DNA of 63,857 nucleotides, counting the filler, from Octopus bimaculoides (lineage: Eukaryota), in assembly GCF_001194135.2 (NCBI RefSeq). It is 6 parts of 6 records of this genome, joined end to end, with 100 filler letters (N's around TTAATTAATTAA, not from the genome) between each part and the next. Parts side by side here need not be neighbours in the genome. Positions count along the whole stretch, not along the records: positions 60,954 to 63,857 come from NW_026310629.1; 5 more parts are not named here. One strand, given 5' to 3'. Made by a program: the position numbers and the translations under genes. This document shows, one piece after another, positions 62,290 to 63,857 of this stretch. The first letter of the stretch is position 1, and each line of letters starts with the position of its first letter. The notes under the pieces are model-generated. The model saw nothing but the letters and a program-made list of their open reading frames with translations, made no database searches and was not told the DNA's origin.

Positions 62290-62880
62290 GCTTTATTCTA
62301 CTTCCTACGTACATAGCCCAGCGCTGCACCGCGCACACTCGCCGCCGCTTTCGTCGTCGTCGTCGTCGTCGTCGTCGTATGCTGCTGCTCTTAGTGTTGG
62401 TGCTGCCTTGCTGCCTACCGCTTGCTGCTGGTGCTGGTGGCGCTAGTGTTACTGCTACTTACTGCTGCTTGACGTGGTGTCGGCGGTGGAGACCTAGCTG
62501 CTACACTCGCTGCATCTACAACGTCTGTCTCCTGTTGATGCTGATTGACAATTACGGCGCTGCTTCTCCCGCTGTTCGTTACGCCAGTTGTTGCGATTGT
62601 TTATGATGTTATTGTCGACGTTGTTATGGCCAATGTTGTTGCTATTACTGTTGCCATGTTTGTTGCTGTTGCTGATGTTCCGTTGTTATTGTTTTGGTAA
62701 TTGTTTTGTTTCTTTCATTGTCGTTAGTCTTATTACTTAGGACGATGTTGCTGCTGTTGCTGCTGATGATATTTCGATTCTTCTTCTTCTTGTCATCATG
62801 ATGGCGGTGGGGCAGGCAGTGGTGGCGGCGGCAGCGACTGGTGATGTTTTCGTTGCAACTTTACTTGTCGCTGGTGTTAT
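62290..62880 (-). other. Probable 5' UTR rich in ACG/CAG/CAA/CCA trinucleotide repeats
   Basis: Contiguous with the ATG, with no obvious acceptor close to it; CpG-rich. Confidence 0.45.
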
Positions 62881-63519
62881 GAATGTTCGCCCTAACCCCA
62901 TGACTAATCAATCACCATTAATCAAACGCACCAATCTATAATCAAACGGACTCCACTGGCGCTGACACCCACCTCGCTGCACCCCACATTATCTTTCGCC
63001 CGGTATTGTGTCCTACAAGAATACTTTTCAAAGCGTTACAGTATACAATGCATTGAGAGGGACTTTAGCTGTTATTTCTAGCAAAAGATCCACAGCCGNN
63101 NNNNNNNNNNNNNNNNNNNNNNNNNNNNNNNNNNNNNNNNNNNNNNNNNNNNNNNNNNNNNNNNNNNNNNNNNNNNNNNNNNNNNNNNNNNNNNNNNNNN
63201 NNNNNNNNNNNNNNNNNNNNNNNNNNNNNNNNNNNNNNNNNNNNNNNNNNNNNNNNNNNNNNNNNNNNNNNNNNNNNNNNNNNNNNNNNNNNNNNNNNNN
63301 NNNNNNNNNNNNNNNNNNNNNNNNNNNNNNNNNNNNNNNNNNNNNNNNNNNNNNNNNNNNNNNNNNNNNNNNNNNNNNNNNNNNNNNNNNNNNNNNNNNN
63401 NNNNNNNNNNNNNNNNNNNNNNNNNNNNNNNNNNNNNNNNNNNNNNNNNNNNNNNNNNNNNNNNNNNNNNNNNNNNNNNNNNNNNNNNNNNNNNNNNNNN
63501 NNNNNNNNNNNNNNNNNNN

Positions 63520-63690
63520 TTCTTCTTCTTCTTCTTCTTCTTCTTCTTCTTCTTCTCTTTCTTCTTCTTCTTGTTCTTCTTCTCTTTCACTTTCTTCTTG
63601 TTCTTGTTCTTGTTGTTGTTGTTCTTCTTCTTTTTCTTCTTCTTCTTCTTCTTCTTCTTCTTCTTCTTCTTCTTCTTCTTCTTCTTCCAT
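63520..63690. repeat. (TTC)n/(TTG)n microsatellite
   Basis: Direct reading. Confidence 0.95.
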
Positions 63691-63857
63691 TCGCTCACTC
63701 TTTCGATTGTTAGTTTCGTTCGTTCGTTTCTTTCTTCCGGTTTTCTCTTTCCTTCTTTTCTGCTGTTTCGCTTCTGTAGTTGTATCAATCACGCTTCCGT
63801 AAACATCACACACAACATTCCGCCACCACCACCACCACCACCACCACTGCCACCACC

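Overview
AT-rich, microsatellite-saturated eukaryotic scaffold with many N gaps. The SINE/LINE families and repeat landscape look like a cephalopod (Octopus-type) genome; this is inference, not a database result. Most of the window is mobile DNA: a CsRn1-like Gypsy relic; RTE, CR1 and restriction-like-endonuclease (R4/Dong-type) LINE fragments; two main tRNA-derived SINE families; mariner, hAT and Tigger-type DNA elements. No rRNA, true tRNA or CRISPR features were found, and most long entries in the ORF track are microsatellite or gap artefacts. Highlights: (1) a multi-exon plus-strand gene at 23562-27217, assembled by hand, encoding a signal-peptide protein of about 170-190 aa with class-I helical-cytokine-like exon phases and motifs; (2) four hammerhead-ribozyme-type motifs of differing sequence, including one at 56190-56249 whose three strands are in a non-circularly permuted order with an intact catalytic core; (3) the first coding exon of a minus-strand coiled-coil protein gene at 61967-62289; (4) a second candidate small secreted-protein gene at 46757-48960; (5) a fold-back minisatellite invaded by two mariners and a SINE, and a long-TIR element carrying TTAGGG repeats. 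All protein and RNA family assignments are by-eye and need computational confirmation.
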